From contig JAFSAM010000044.1 in NCBI GenBank assembly GCA_017441005.1, positions 31,049 to 95,048 of the forward strand: DNA of 64,000 nucleotides, written 5' to 3'. Position 1 is the stretch's first letter, and every line of letters begins with the position of its first letter. This stretch comes from Clostridia bacterium. Its GTDB lineage: Bacteria; Bacillota; Clostridia; Oscillospirales; CAG-272. Of this stretch, positions 1 to 9,972 are shown piece after piece. Below the pieces are notes generated by a model. The model did no database searches and was not told the origin of the DNA. It saw nothing but the letters and a program-made list of their open reading frames with translations. The position numbers and the translations under genes are program-made.

Positions 1-390
1 CTCATCCCAAGTAAGCGCGGGATCAGAGATAAAGTCCTCGTAGTCGGTATCTGTAGAAAGGTTGATGTAGGGAAGTCCGTGATATACAACGCCTTTTTTA
101 AAGATAAGAGTTTTACCTACAAGATTACCTTTAGCATCCTTTGTGAGGTCCATATCCCTTGCGGGGGTCCATTTGACCTCAGCCATCTTGTACATATAGT
201 CAACTACCCAGTCACGCATATTCTTTTCGGGAATCTTGAAGGGGGATTCGACCGGATCGTTTTCGGGATCCTTACTTTCGGTAGAGGTGTTGTTTGTTTC
301 GCCGTCGGTTTTGTCTGTTTCAGAGCCGCAGGATGCAAGAACTGCAAACGCAAGCATCAGAACCAGAAGAAGTGAGAGAAATTTTTTCAT
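1..390 (-). CDS. Family A paralog A0, lipoprotein form. Only the N-terminal part is present because the gene continues past the left edge.
   Basis: Edge-truncated, so it is absent from the ORF track. Minus-strand translation from ATG 390..388 gives MKKFLSLLLVLMLAFAVLASCGSETDKTDGETNNTSTESKDPENDPVESPFKIPEKNMRDWVVDYMYKMAEVKWTP... This is a signal peptide with lipobox LASC, an acidic/Thr linker, then the family motif DYMxKMAxxxWTP. It is the most divergent member. Confidence 0.75.
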   Translation of the reverse strand, partial: MKKFLSLLLVLMLAFAVLASCGSETDKTDGETNNTSTESKDPENDPVESPFKIPEKNMRDWVVDYMYKMAEVKWTPARDMDLTKDAKGNLVGKTLIFKKGVVYHGLPYINLSTDTDYEDFISDPALTWDE

Positions 391-440
391 CTTTTGTTTC
401 CTTTCGAGTAGAGTTTTTGCTAAGATAAATTATATCGGCA

Positions 441-1532
441 TTAAACCGTAAACTCAAAGTGTTCGAGATCAACACCGCCGCGGGCAATTGCAACTCGGTA
501 GTTGAACGTATAAGTACCCTTTTCAAGAGTAGAAAGATCAAGATCCTTGTTCATATCGTCAATTACAAGATCGTACTTGTTTGTGAAGTTGTACTGGAGA
601 GCTTTTCTCACTACCTTGCCATCCTTGTCCTTTACTGTTGCATAGGCATAGTCGAGAGGGAAGGTGGAGGTGATGGTACCCGTGAAGCCGTTTTTGATGG
701 TTTCGGGAGTGTTTATACCGTCATAAATGATGTATGCATCCTTAGCCTTTTCGCCGTTTGAATAGATCTCAAGCGTGATAGCCATAAAATGCTTTTCATA
801 AAGAGTGTTGAATGTGTAGTGACGGTTCACAAACCAGGTCGTGGGGATATCGACCGTTTTGTCCCAGGCGTTTGTCTGCTCAATTACGATAACTTCGGAT
901 TTTTCACCGTCGATCATACCGTATTCGTCGTAAACCACGATAGGCTCCTGGCTGACCATTCTTACGTGGCCGGATCCGGTCTTTTTGCAGAAGTAGATAA
1001 CGTCGCCGGGCTTTGTCATAGCATATGACTCAAAGATCTTTGTTTTGGGGTTATTGTCCCAAATATCGTAGGAGTCGTATCTGTCACCGAACTGCTCGTA
1101 GGGAATCTTGATATCGTTGGGGAACTTGAAAATACCGGGATACCACTTCTGAGGCTTTGTTCCGCCGACACCGCCGTTGGAAATAAGCTGCTGGAAGGCC
1201 CTTGCCATAGAGGAAGAGCAGTGGTTTCCGATTATGTCATCAAAATAGTGGGACTCAAAGGAGAACACGCCGTCTTTAACGAACTGCTCAAAAGCATCAA
1301 GACCGCATTTTGTGTCGGAGTAGGGCATACCGTAATATGTAACACCTTGCTTGTACTGAAGGCTTGCATTGAAGTCGTATGCCTTTTTCATACAAACGTT
1401 CATATCGACGTCAGGAGTCCACTGTATCTGGGACATCTTCATCATATAGTCGAGGACGATCTGTCTGTAATCGCCTTCGGGGGCTTTTATTGTAGCAACC
1501 TTACAATTGTTTTGAATTTTAATGTCTGTCAT
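441..1532 (-). CDS. Family A paralog A1, signal-less form. Putative Cys/His (papain-like) hydrolase of unknown function.
   Basis: Track ORF is 441..1562. I prefer ATG 1532 (MTDIKIQNNCKVATIKAPEGDYRQIVLDYMMKMSQIQWTP). AAAGGAG lies about 10 nt upstream, and GTG 1562 would put that SD inside the CDS. The N-terminus then aligns with the paralogs. Motifs: GNHCSSSM, SGHVRMV, IEQTNAW, C-terminal VAIARGGVDLEHFEFTV. Confidence 0.85.
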   Translation of the reverse strand: MTDIKIQNNCKVATIKAPEGDYRQIVLDYMMKMSQIQWTPDVDMNVCMKKAYDFNASLQYKQGVTYYGMPYSDTKCGLDAFEQFVKDGVFSFESHYFDDIIGNHCSSSMARAFQQLISNGGVGGTKPQKWYPGIFKFPNDIKIPYEQFGDRYDSYDIWDNNPKTKIFESYAMTKPGDVIYFCKKTGSGHVRMVSQEPIVVYDEYGMIDGEKSEVIVIEQTNAWDKTVDIPTTWFVNRHYTFNTLYEKHFMAITLEIYSNGEKAKDAYIIYDGINTPETIKNGFTGTITSTFPLDYAYATVKDKDGKVVRKALQYNFTNKYDLVIDDMNKDLDLSTLEKGTYTFNYRVAIARGGVDLEHFEFTV

Positions 1533-1607
1533 TTTTTTACACTCCTTTTTAGTAGTAATCACAACTCTGCCTATTATACAACAGAAATATTAAAAAGTAA
1601 ATATAAA

Positions 1608-2705
1608 TTATACTTCAAATTCAATTTTTTCAAAATCAACGCCGCCGCGTGCAATACCTGCACGGATAGTCAACGTGTATTTTCCTTTTTCGAGAGAGGG
1701 AAGATCAAGCTCATTTCCCATAGGAACGAGATCCATTTTGTATGTTCTCTGGAAATCGTATCTGTGAGAGCTTCTGACCAATTTATTATCCTTATCTCTT
1801 ACTGTCATACGTACATACGTAAGAGGGAAGGAGGAGATGATATCGCCGTTTATACCGTTCATTACAGTTTCAGCACTGTTTGTTCCGGTATAGGTTACGA
1901 ATGCATCCTTGGGTTTTTCGCCCGAGGTGAATATCGTAAAAGTGATGGGGCAGAAGAATCTTTCGTAAAGTGTGGCAAAGCTTCTCTTACGATTGACGTA
2001 CCAGGTGGTGTTTCTTCCGCGAGCGGTCTCTTGCGTATCAAACTGGTTTGTCTGCTCGATCGTGTAGATAAAGCTGTTGTCGGGGTCGATCTCGCCGTTT
2101 TCGAAGCGTGTGACCTCGGCGGGCTGACTGATCATACGGAGGTGACCTGTTCTCACCTTACTGAAGAAATAGAGCACGTCGCCCTTGTCGACAGATGCGT
2201 ATGCCTCCATGACTGTCTTTTTTGAATGGAGATCCCAGAGGTCGGAAACGTCAAATCTGCCAAAGTCCTTTGGGTACTTCAGATCGCCGCAGTACTTGAG
2301 CATAGTGCCTCTTTCGGGACAAGGAGCAATGCCTCCGTAATACGGAAAGTCGAGCAGCTGCTGATATGCAAGACCCATAGAGGAAGAGCAGTGGTTTCCT
2401 ATGATCTCTTCATAGTATTCGGAGTTGGGTACAAATTTTCCGTCCTCGAAGAACTGCTCGAATTCATCCTGGGAGCATTTGGTGTTTGCATAAGTCATAC
2501 CGTGATAGGTCTTGCCTTTTTCGTAAACAAGATCTACACCGAAATCGCCTGCATTTTTCCACTTGATATGGAAGGTTTCTTTCGGTGTCCACTCAAAGTC
2601 GGCCATTTTCATCATATAGTCCATAACTATCTGACGGTAATCGTCACCTACAGGCGGCTTGAATATAGCAACCTTGCAGTTCTCATTAAATATCATTTCG
2701 CACAT
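1608..2705 (-). CDS. Family A paralog A2, signal-less form
   Basis: 365-aa ORF with AGGAG upstream of ATG 2705. N-terminus MCEMIFNENCKVAIFKPPVGDDYRQIVMDYMMKMADFEWTP. Motifs: GNHCSSSM, RTGHLRMIS, IEQTNQF, C-terminal RAGIARGGVDFEKIEFEV. Confidence 0.88.
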   Translation of the reverse strand: MCEMIFNENCKVAIFKPPVGDDYRQIVMDYMMKMADFEWTPKETFHIKWKNAGDFGVDLVYEKGKTYHGMTYANTKCSQDEFEQFFEDGKFVPNSEYYEEIIGNHCSSSMGLAYQQLLDFPYYGGIAPCPERGTMLKYCGDLKYPKDFGRFDVSDLWDLHSKKTVMEAYASVDKGDVLYFFSKVRTGHLRMISQPAEVTRFENGEIDPDNSFIYTIEQTNQFDTQETARGRNTTWYVNRKRSFATLYERFFCPITFTIFTSGEKPKDAFVTYTGTNSAETVMNGINGDIISSFPLTYVRMTVRDKDNKLVRSSHRYDFQRTYKMDLVPMGNELDLPSLEKGKYTLTIRAGIARGGVDFEKIEFEV

Positions 2706-2734
2706 TTTTTGATATCTCCTTTTTTCAACCTATG

Positions 2735-3838
2735 TCAAACCGTAAACTCAAACTTTTCGAAATCGACGCCGCCTCTTGCGATGCCCGCACGGATAGTGAG
2801 TGTGTACGTGCCCTTTTCGAGGGAAGTGATGTCAAGCTCTTCGTTTAACTCTGATAAATCAATGTGATAGCATTTGGGAAGATCATATTTCATAGCACTT
2901 TTAACAAGCTTGCCGTTTGTGTCTCTGACCGTGATTCTTGCATAAGCAAGAGGGAAGGTGGAGGTTATTGTGCCGCTAATTCCGTTCATTACCGTAGAGG
3001 CATTATTTTCTCCGTGGTAGTAGACATAGGCATCCTTCGATTTTTCACCGGAGGTGAATATCGTAAGTGTTACAGGCTTGAAAAATCTTTTGTAAAGTGT
3101 CGCAAAACTACGTTTCCTGTTGACGAACCAGGTCGTTTTTCTGCCCTGAGCGGTATCCTGATCATCCCAGATGTTTGTCTGCTCGACCGTATAGATAAAG
3201 CTGTTATCTGGGTCAATGTGACCGTTTTCAAAACGGGTAACCTCAGCAGGCTTGCTTACAAGACGAAGGTGTCCCGAACGCTTTTTGCTCGAGAAATACA
3301 ATACGTCGCCCATATCAAGCTCGGCATAGGCCTCCATAACGGCATCCTTGGAGTTTGCGTTCCAAAGATCCTCGGAGTCATAGGTGTCGCCCCATTTCCC
3401 GGGGAGATTGAGATTTCCCGGGAATTTAAGCATCGTTCCTCGATTGGGGTTAGGCTGAATGCTTCCGAAGAAAGGGAAGTCGATAAGCTGCTGATAAGCC
3501 ATATCGATCGAGGACTGACAGTTGTTTCCGACACAGACCTCGTAGTATTCGGAGTTGTTTACAAACTCGCCGTCTTCAAAAAGCTGAAGGAACTCGTCAA
3601 AAGAGGCTTTTGTAAAACAATACGTAACACCGTGGTATTTCTTACCTTTTTCGTATGTGAGGTTAAGCCCCATATCGGTGCGGTTTGTTCTTAACTTTAT
3701 ATTGAAGGTTTCTTTTGGAGTCCACTCGAAATCAGCCATTTTCATCATATAGTCCATGACTACCTGACGGTAATTGTCCGACTCGGGGGCTTTGAAGGTT
3801 GCTACCTTACAGTTTTCCTGAAAAACCAATTCGCTCAT
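2735..3838 (-). CDS. Family A paralog A3, signal-less form
   Basis: Track ORF is 2735..3847 (MGFMSELVF...). ATG 3838 (MSELVFQENCKVATF) matches the A2/A4 N-termini exactly in length. Either start is possible. Motifs: GNNCQSSI (the His before the Cys is replaced by Asn), RSGHLRLVS, VEQTNIW, RAGIARGGVDFEKFEFTV. Confidence 0.85.
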   Translation of the reverse strand: MSELVFQENCKVATFKAPESDNYRQVVMDYMMKMADFEWTPKETFNIKLRTNRTDMGLNLTYEKGKKYHGVTYCFTKASFDEFLQLFEDGEFVNNSEYYEVCVGNNCQSSIDMAYQQLIDFPFFGSIQPNPNRGTMLKFPGNLNLPGKWGDTYDSEDLWNANSKDAVMEAYAELDMGDVLYFSSKKRSGHLRLVSKPAEVTRFENGHIDPDNSFIYTVEQTNIWDDQDTAQGRKTTWFVNRKRSFATLYKRFFKPVTLTIFTSGEKSKDAYVYYHGENNASTVMNGISGTITSTFPLAYARITVRDTNGKLVKSAMKYDLPKCYHIDLSELNEELDITSLEKGTYTLTIRAGIARGGVDFEKFEFTV

Positions 3839-3871
3839 AAATCCCATTCTCTTTCTTATTAAAAATCTTGT

Positions 3872-4972
3872 TTAAACGGTAAATTCGAATTTTTCGAAAT
3901 CGGCGCCGCCTCTTGCGATACCTGCACGGAGTGTAAGCGTGTAAGTACCTTTTTCAAGGGAAGAAAGGTCTAACTGTTCGTTGAGACTTGCAATGTCGAC
4001 GAAATAGTCCTTTGCGAGGTTGTAGGCGATTGCATGCTTTACGAAGTTTCCGTCCTTATCCTTGAGTGTAATACGAACGTAGGTGAGAGGGAAGGTTGAT
4101 GTGATAGTACCCGAAACACCATTTTTGATGGTTTCCGCATTGTTTATTCCCGAGTAGATGACGAATGCATCTTTAAGCTTTTCACCCGAGGTGTATGCTG
4201 TGAAAGTAACGGGCTTAAAGCGCTTTTCGTAAAGGTTTGCAAATGAATACTTGTGGTCGATGAACCATGTTGTATTTTTGCCCTGTGCAGCCTCGGTCTT
4301 GTCCCAGGCATTTGTCTGCTCAACCGTATAGATGTAGCTGTTTTCGGGGTCAATAAGACCATTGTCAAAACGAACGACCTCTGCGGGAAGGCTAACCATA
4401 CGGGCGTGCCCCGATTTATATTTATCACTGTAGTAGAGAATATCGCCTGTGTCGACGGAAGCGAATGCTTCCATGACGTCATTTTTGGAGTTGATCGCCC
4501 AAACATCGGCGGCATCGTAGCCGTTTCCGTATACTGTGGGTTGTTTTAAGTTTCCGCAAAGCTTGAGCATAGTTCCTCTTTGGGTGTTGGGCTTAACTGT
4601 ACCTGTGTAGGGGAAGTCGAAGCACTGCTGGAAAGCCATATCCATAGAAGCGGAGCAATGGTTACCGAAGCACTCTTCGTAATATTCGGAATTGGGTGTG
4701 AGCTCGCCGTTTTCAAGGAGCTGCTCAAAAAGGTCAAGCGTACCCTTGGTATCGGTATAGGTCATACCGTGGTATTTTACGCCCTTTTCGTATGTTAGAT
4801 CGACCTTGAATCGGGGAGTGCCCTTCCACTTGATATTGAAGGTCTCTTTGGGAGTCCATTCAACGTTTGCCATTTTCATCATATAATCTTTTACGATCTT
4901 GCGGTAATTGTCTCCCTCGGGAGCTTTAAATTTGGCAACCTTACAGTTGTCCATAAAAAACATTTCAGACAT
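3872..4972 (-). CDS. Family A paralog A4, signal-less form
   Basis: 366-aa ORF with AGGAG 9 nt upstream. N-terminus MSEMFFMDNCKVAKFKAPEGDNYRKIVKDYMMKMANVEWTP. Motifs: GNHCSASM, KSGHARMVS, VEQTNAW, RAGIARGGADFEKFEFTV. Confidence 0.88.
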   Translation of the reverse strand: MSEMFFMDNCKVAKFKAPEGDNYRKIVKDYMMKMANVEWTPKETFNIKWKGTPRFKVDLTYEKGVKYHGMTYTDTKGTLDLFEQLLENGELTPNSEYYEECFGNHCSASMDMAFQQCFDFPYTGTVKPNTQRGTMLKLCGNLKQPTVYGNGYDAADVWAINSKNDVMEAFASVDTGDILYYSDKYKSGHARMVSLPAEVVRFDNGLIDPENSYIYTVEQTNAWDKTEAAQGKNTTWFIDHKYSFANLYEKRFKPVTFTAYTSGEKLKDAFVIYSGINNAETIKNGVSGTITSTFPLTYVRITLKDKDGNFVKHAIAYNLAKDYFVDIASLNEQLDLSSLEKGTYTLTLRAGIARGGADFEKFEFTV

Positions 4973-4990
4973 TTTTATATTCTCCTATGG

Positions 4991-6067
4991 TTATATTATA
5001 AATGTAAATTTTTCAAAATCGTAGCCGCCTCTTGCTATGCTTGCCCTGAGCTTAAGCTCGTATTTTCCCGCGGGAAGGTCGGAGAGATCAAGGGATGCAC
5101 ATTCTTTTTTGAGGTCAAATTCAAACGTTTCGCCAAGATTGCGAACGTGAACCTTTTTTACAATCTTGTTGTTTTCGTTTTTTATTGTAAGAAGGAGGTA
5201 ATTAAGAGGGTAGTTTGATTTGATCTTGCCGTTTATGCCCTTTCTTACTGTTTTGGCAGTGTTTTTTCCGTTATAGAATACGTATGCATCGGTAATTGGA
5301 TTATTATCGTGGAACGTATCTAACGTAACAGGCATAAATCCGGTTTTAAAAATGGTGGAAAACTTGCGTTTTTTGTCTATATACCAGGAAGAGACCTGCT
5401 CGTCGGTGAACCAGAGATTGGTATGCTCGACAACGTATATATAGCTGCTTTCGGGGTCAATCTTGCCGTTTATGTCTCTGACCGTCTCGACCTTGCTTAC
5501 CATTCTGACGTGACCTGAGCCGGGGATACATTTGAAAAGAATATCGCTTTTTTTCAGTGTGGCAAAGGCTTCGTAAACCGCCTCCTCGCCGTTCAGCTCA
5601 AACACCGTCGATGAATGCCATACGCCCTCTCCCGGATTTTTTAAATCACCTGCAAGTGAGAAAATTCCTTTTCTCTGTGAAGACGGTCTGAACGTGCCGT
5701 AGCCTACGGGAATGATCTGCTGATAGGCAAAGAACATGGACGACGAGCAGTGGTTTCCCACGATGTCCGTATAATAATAGGAATCGCAGGAAAACTCGCT
5801 GTTATCAACAAACTGCATAAACTCGTCGAGGTTTGCTTTTGTGTTGCCGTAGGGAATACCGTAATATTTTTTACCCGCCTTGTGCTCGAGCTCAAGCTTA
5901 TATTCTCTTGGAACATCGGGCGAATGGGTCAGAAGGAAATCCTCCTTCGGAGTCCATTCGACGTTTGCCATTTTCATATAGTAATCAAATACAATATCTC
6001 TTTTGTTGCCCATGGGCGCTTTAAATTCAACGACTTTTGTGTAATCGTGAACTATCGGTTCGCACAT
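4991..6067 (-). CDS. Family A paralog A5, signal-less form
   Basis: 358-aa ORF with AAGGAG upstream. N-terminus MCEPIVHDYTKVVEFKAPMGNKRDIVFDYYMKMANVEWTP. Motifs: GNHCSSSM, GSGHVRMVS, VEHTNLW, RASIARGGYDFEKFTFII. Its sequence is closest to A6 and to the lipoprotein A7. Confidence 0.88.
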   Translation of the reverse strand: MCEPIVHDYTKVVEFKAPMGNKRDIVFDYYMKMANVEWTPKEDFLLTHSPDVPREYKLELEHKAGKKYYGIPYGNTKANLDEFMQFVDNSEFSCDSYYYTDIVGNHCSSSMFFAYQQIIPVGYGTFRPSSQRKGIFSLAGDLKNPGEGVWHSSTVFELNGEEAVYEAFATLKKSDILFKCIPGSGHVRMVSKVETVRDINGKIDPESSYIYVVEHTNLWFTDEQVSSWYIDKKRKFSTIFKTGFMPVTLDTFHDNNPITDAYVFYNGKNTAKTVRKGINGKIKSNYPLNYLLLTIKNENNKIVKKVHVRNLGETFEFDLKKECASLDLSDLPAGKYELKLRASIARGGYDFEKFTFII

Positions 6068-6097
6068 AATACAAACTCCTTCTCAGATCAAACGATA

Positions 6098-7177
6098 TTA
6101 TACGGTAAAGTTGAAGTGCTCGAACTCGCAAACGCCTCTTGCAATACCTGCACGGAGGGTATATTCGTAGTTACCCTTGGGGAGATCGAAGAGTTGTTTG
6201 TCCTTCGATTCTTCTGCAAGGTCAACTTTATATACTTCTCCGAGTTTTCTTACGTTCATTCTCTTGACTATCTTACCGTTTTCGTCTTTGATCGTAACCA
6301 TAACGTAGTTAAGAGGGAAGGTTGCTTCAACAATGCCGGAAATACCGTTTTTAACAGTTTCGGCGGTGTTGTTGCCGTCATAGAAAATGAACGCGTCTGC
6401 AATGGGGGTGTTATCGTGGAAGGTGTCGACTGTGATAGGCATAAACAAGGTTCTGAAGAGTCTTGCAAAGCTGTATCTCTTGTCGATATGCCATGTGGAG
6501 TTTTTATCCTCGGTATACCAAGCACTGCAGTTTTCGACGGTTATAACGTAGCTGTTTTCGGGATCGATCTTGCCGTTTTCATCTCTCTTTACGTCGACGT
6601 CACTAACCATTCTTACGTGGCCGGAACCGTGCTTTGCGAAGAAAAGAATATCAGCGTACTCGAGTGTTGCGTATGCTTCGTAGATAGCTTCTTCACCGTT
6701 CAAGTCAAAGAGATCTTTGGAAACCCATGTCCAAGGACCGGGACTTGTAAGATTTTTGGGAAGGGAGAAGAGACCTTTTCTTGCTTCCGAGGGACGGAGC
6801 GTGCCCCAGCCTACGGGAATAAGCTGCTGGTATGCAAGAAGCATTGATGACGAGCAGTGGTTGCCTACGATCTCGGTGTAATAATACGAATCGCAATGGA
6901 AAACACCGTTTTCGTCTATATGGTCAGCAAACTGATCGAAGTCAGCCATTGTGTTTGCATATACAACGCCGTAGTATGTTTTTCCACCGATGTAATCGAG
7001 CTTAACACCGTAGTCTTTTTCTGTACCGGGAGCCCAGGTGTTGCAAAAATCATGGGGGGCTTTCCACGGAATTGTCGCCATTTTCATATAGTAATCAAAT
7101 ACGATCTTTCTTTTGCTTCCCACGGGGGCGGGGAACTTTGCGACCTTAAGGTCATTACGGAAAGTAATATCGCTCAT
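6098..7177 (-). CDS. Family A paralog A6, signal-less form
   Basis: 359-aa ORF with GGAGGA upstream. N-terminus MSDITFRNDLKVAKFPAPVGSKRKIVFDYYMKMATIPWKAP. Motifs: GNHCSSSM, GSGHVRMVS, VENCSAW (third motif degenerate), RAGIARGVCEFEHFNFTV. Confidence 0.88.
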   Translation of the reverse strand: MSDITFRNDLKVAKFPAPVGSKRKIVFDYYMKMATIPWKAPHDFCNTWAPGTEKDYGVKLDYIGGKTYYGVVYANTMADFDQFADHIDENGVFHCDSYYYTEIVGNHCSSSMLLAYQQLIPVGWGTLRPSEARKGLFSLPKNLTSPGPWTWVSKDLFDLNGEEAIYEAYATLEYADILFFAKHGSGHVRMVSDVDVKRDENGKIDPENSYVITVENCSAWYTEDKNSTWHIDKRYSFARLFRTLFMPITVDTFHDNTPIADAFIFYDGNNTAETVKNGISGIVEATFPLNYVMVTIKDENGKIVKRMNVRKLGEVYKVDLAEESKDKQLFDLPKGNYEYTLRAGIARGVCEFEHFNFTV

Positions 7178-7210
7178 TTTGAATTATCCTCCAAAGTGTT
7201 TTGTCGAAAA

Positions 7211-8494
7211 TTATTTAACAGTGAATTCAAAGCTTTCGATCGTAGCAGCACCTCTTGCAATGCCTGCCTTGAGGGTGTACTTATATGTACCTGCAGGAAG
7301 CTCGTTGAGCTTTAAGCCGAAGGTTTCTCTGAAGACGTCGATCTCATAGCACTCGGTGAGGTTATTCTTTATAGCCTTCTTAACAACGTTACCATTGGCA
7401 TCTTCAATTAAAATACTCATATAGTTGATGGGGAAGTTGGAGCTGATCTGACCTGTGAGCTTGCTTGTGATCTGCTCGGGAGTGTTGCTGCCTGTAAACC
7501 AGATATATGCATCCCATACCTTATCGTTATCGTCAAAGTATGTATCGAGGGTGATAGGCATAAACTCTGTGCTCCAAAGCTTATCGAAGGTGTATTTTTT
7601 GTCAACCCACCAGGTTGTGTTTTTGTTATTGTCAAACCATGCGTTGGTATTTTCGATTACATATACGTAGCTTCTGCTGGGATTGAGCTTGCCTGCAACA
7701 GTTTTAGATACCTCGACCTTGGTTACGAAACGGGTGTGACCTGAGCCGGGAATACACTTGAAGAGGATATCGCCCTTATCAAGTGTGGTGTATGCTTCGT
7801 ATACTGCCGCCTGACCGTTAAGAGTAAATACATCCTTGGAGTACCATGTGCCGTCGCCGGGGTTTTCGAGATCGCCGGCGAGCTTAAAGATACCCTTTCT
7901 TGCTGTGGAAGGACGGAGTGTGCCGTAGCCTACGGGAATGATCTGCTGATATGCAAGGAACATACAGGAGGAGCAATGGTTTCCTACGATATCCTGATAG
8001 TAGTAGGAGTCACAGTACAGCTTGCCGTCCTTGATGTGGTCCATAAATTCATCATAGTTTGCCTTTGTTTCGCCATAGCAAATGCCGTAATAGGTCTTAC
8101 CGGCTTTGTATTCGAGGTTAACGCTGTAGTCGCGCTCAACGTCGGGGCGGTGGGTGGTTACAAAGTCAACTGAAGGAGTCCATTCGACCGTAGCCATCTT
8201 CATCATATAGTCGTATGTAGCCTGACGCTTGTCAACCGTAGGTGCGGGGAAGCACTGCTCAAAAGTAGCATTTGCGGGCTTTTGTCTGTTTTCAAAGGGG
8301 CTTGTTTTCATGGGCTCAGCCGATGTTTCTGATTCGGTTTCTGCCACTGTTTCATCAGTTGTTTCTTCAACGGGCTGTGTTTCTTCGGTCTCAGTGGTTT
8401 CCTTTGTTTCACTTTCGCCTCCGGAACATGCAACGAGAGCAAACGAAAGAACAAAAACGAGAGCAAGAATGCTAAAAAGCTTGAAATTTTTCAT
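7211..8494 (-). CDS. Family A paralog A7, lipoprotein form
   Basis: 427-aa ORF with AAGGAG upstream. Signal peptide MKNFKLFSILALVFVLSFALVAC with lipobox LVAC, then a Glu/Thr-rich linker (ESETKETTETEETQPVEETTDETVAETESETSAEP). Motifs: YDYMMKMATVEWTP, GNHCSSCM, GSGHTRFVT, IENTNAW, KAGIARGAATIESFEFTVK. Confidence 0.9.
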   Translation of the reverse strand: MKNFKLFSILALVFVLSFALVACSGGESETKETTETEETQPVEETTDETVAETESETSAEPMKTSPFENRQKPANATFEQCFPAPTVDKRQATYDYMMKMATVEWTPSVDFVTTHRPDVERDYSVNLEYKAGKTYYGICYGETKANYDEFMDHIKDGKLYCDSYYYQDIVGNHCSSCMFLAYQQIIPVGYGTLRPSTARKGIFKLAGDLENPGDGTWYSKDVFTLNGQAAVYEAYTTLDKGDILFKCIPGSGHTRFVTKVEVSKTVAGKLNPSRSYVYVIENTNAWFDNNKNTTWWVDKKYTFDKLWSTEFMPITLDTYFDDNDKVWDAYIWFTGSNTPEQITSKLTGQISSNFPINYMSILIEDANGNVVKKAIKNNLTECYEIDVFRETFGLKLNELPAGTYKYTLKAGIARGAATIESFEFTVK

Positions 8495-8528
8495 AGTGTG
8501 CTCCTTTTAATTAAAAATGTAATAAAAT

Positions 8529-9803
8529 TTATTTTGTAAAGTTAATGGTTGCGACGTCAGCACCACCGCGCGCAATACCTGCTCTGATGGTCAACGTGTA
8601 GTTGCCGGGAGCAAAGTCAGATGTCTTGAGATAGAATTTTCTCATATCAAAGGTGTAGTTTGTTTTCATACCTGCTTTGGTGTCTCTGTGTACGATGTTT
8701 CCGTTTTCGTCCGTGATGGTGATCATGACGTAGTTAAGGGGGAAGTTTGAAGAAACAGTACCGGGAAGAATGCCGTTTTTGATGTTGTTTTCGGTGGGAT
8801 TACCGTCAAAAGCAAGATAAGCATCCTCGTAAGTGGGGTTATCTTCGTGGAAGATTTCAAGAGTTACAGGCATAAACAGAGTGTCATAGAGCTCTGTGAA
8901 GGTGTATTTTCTGTCAACAAACCAAGTGGAAACCTGTTCGCTTGAGTCCCATGCATTTGTCGATTCAACACAGTAAACGTAGCTTCTTGTGGGCATAAGC
9001 TTACCGGAAGCGCTCTTGGATAATTCAACCTTGCGCACCATACGCGTATGTCCGACACCCGGGATGCTCTTGTAGAGAATGTCGCCTTCTTCAAGTGTGG
9101 CAAAAGCCGCGTATACAGCATCCTGTCCGTTAGCTGCAAAAACCTCGTTTGAGTACCAGTTATCGCCCAGACCCTCGGGAATCTTGAGATCGCCGGCAAG
9201 CTTCAAGAGACCGATTCGTGAAGAAATGGGCTTGAGCACGGAGATGGGCATATCGACGATCTGCTGATATGCAAGTGTCATTGTGGATGAGCAGTTGTTT
9301 CCTATGATCTTTTCGTAGGAGTAGTTATCCATTTTGAGCTCGTTCTTCTCGTTAAGGAAAACTGAGAACAACTCTAAACTGCAGTGAGTATCGCCATAGG
9401 TAGTGCCGGAGTAAGTCTTATCCTTATAGAATTTAATAGCCATATTGGGGTCAAAGGAGGCAGGGCCTTCCCAACCGATCGTGAAGTCCTCGGAGGGAGT
9501 CCACTTAATAGTAGCCATCTTCATCATATAGTCCATAACGATTTCACGAGGATTTCCTTCGGGAGCCTCAAATACCTGGAAGAACTCGTATTGGCTTGTA
9601 TCCTCCGGCCACTCATCCTCCTCTTTAGGAGCTTCTGTTTTTTCAGGCTCCGGAGCAGATGTAGCGGGGGCTTCTGTTCTTACGGAATCGCCGAGCGGAT
9701 CGATGGTTCCTTCAGGTTCTTTTGTGCTTTCATTGCTTCCGCAAGCGGTTACAAAAACAAGCAGCGCGGCAAGCAACAGAATAAATAAAAGATTGTTTTT
9801 CAT
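8529..9803 (-). CDS. Family A paralog A8, lipoprotein form
   Basis: 424-aa ORF. Signal peptide MKNNLLFILLLAALLVFVTAC (lipobox), with a linker containing DPLGDSVRTEAP. Motifs: GNNCSSTM, GVGHTRMVR, VESTNAW, RAGIARGGADVATINFTK. The SD is weak (AAAGG). Confidence 0.88.
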   Translation of the reverse strand: MKNNLLFILLLAALLVFVTACGSNESTKEPEGTIDPLGDSVRTEAPATSAPEPEKTEAPKEEDEWPEDTSQYEFFQVFEAPEGNPREIVMDYMMKMATIKWTPSEDFTIGWEGPASFDPNMAIKFYKDKTYSGTTYGDTHCSLELFSVFLNEKNELKMDNYSYEKIIGNNCSSTMTLAYQQIVDMPISVLKPISSRIGLLKLAGDLKIPEGLGDNWYSNEVFAANGQDAVYAAFATLEEGDILYKSIPGVGHTRMVRKVELSKSASGKLMPTRSYVYCVESTNAWDSSEQVSTWFVDRKYTFTELYDTLFMPVTLEIFHEDNPTYEDAYLAFDGNPTENNIKNGILPGTVSSNFPLNYVMITITDENGNIVHRDTKAGMKTNYTFDMRKFYLKTSDFAPGNYTLTIRAGIARGGADVATINFTK

Positions 9804-9858
9804 AAGTTTAACCTTTCTGAAAAATATAATATTTTTTAGCCTTTAATATTTTGGCTTT

Positions 9859-9957
9859 TGTAGCTCTAAAAAGCTGTTTTAGGGCTACAGAAAACAAAAT
9901 ATGTAATAAATGTTTTCCGTACACGGCAGTTTGCATATGTTATGCATCTGCCGTGTA
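9859..9957 (-). other. Two long hairpins in the 169-bp gap between A9 and A8. No clear U-tract follows either.
   Basis: Hairpin 9859..9889: TGTAGCTCTAAAA / TTTTAGGGCTACA, 13 bp with one G-T pair and a 5-nt loop. Hairpin 9920..9957: TACACGGCAG / CTGCCGTGTA, 10 bp, with an inner TGCATA/TATGCA stem. Both were read directly from the sequence. Confidence 0.6.
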
Positions 9958-9972
9958 TGAAAAAAACAAAAA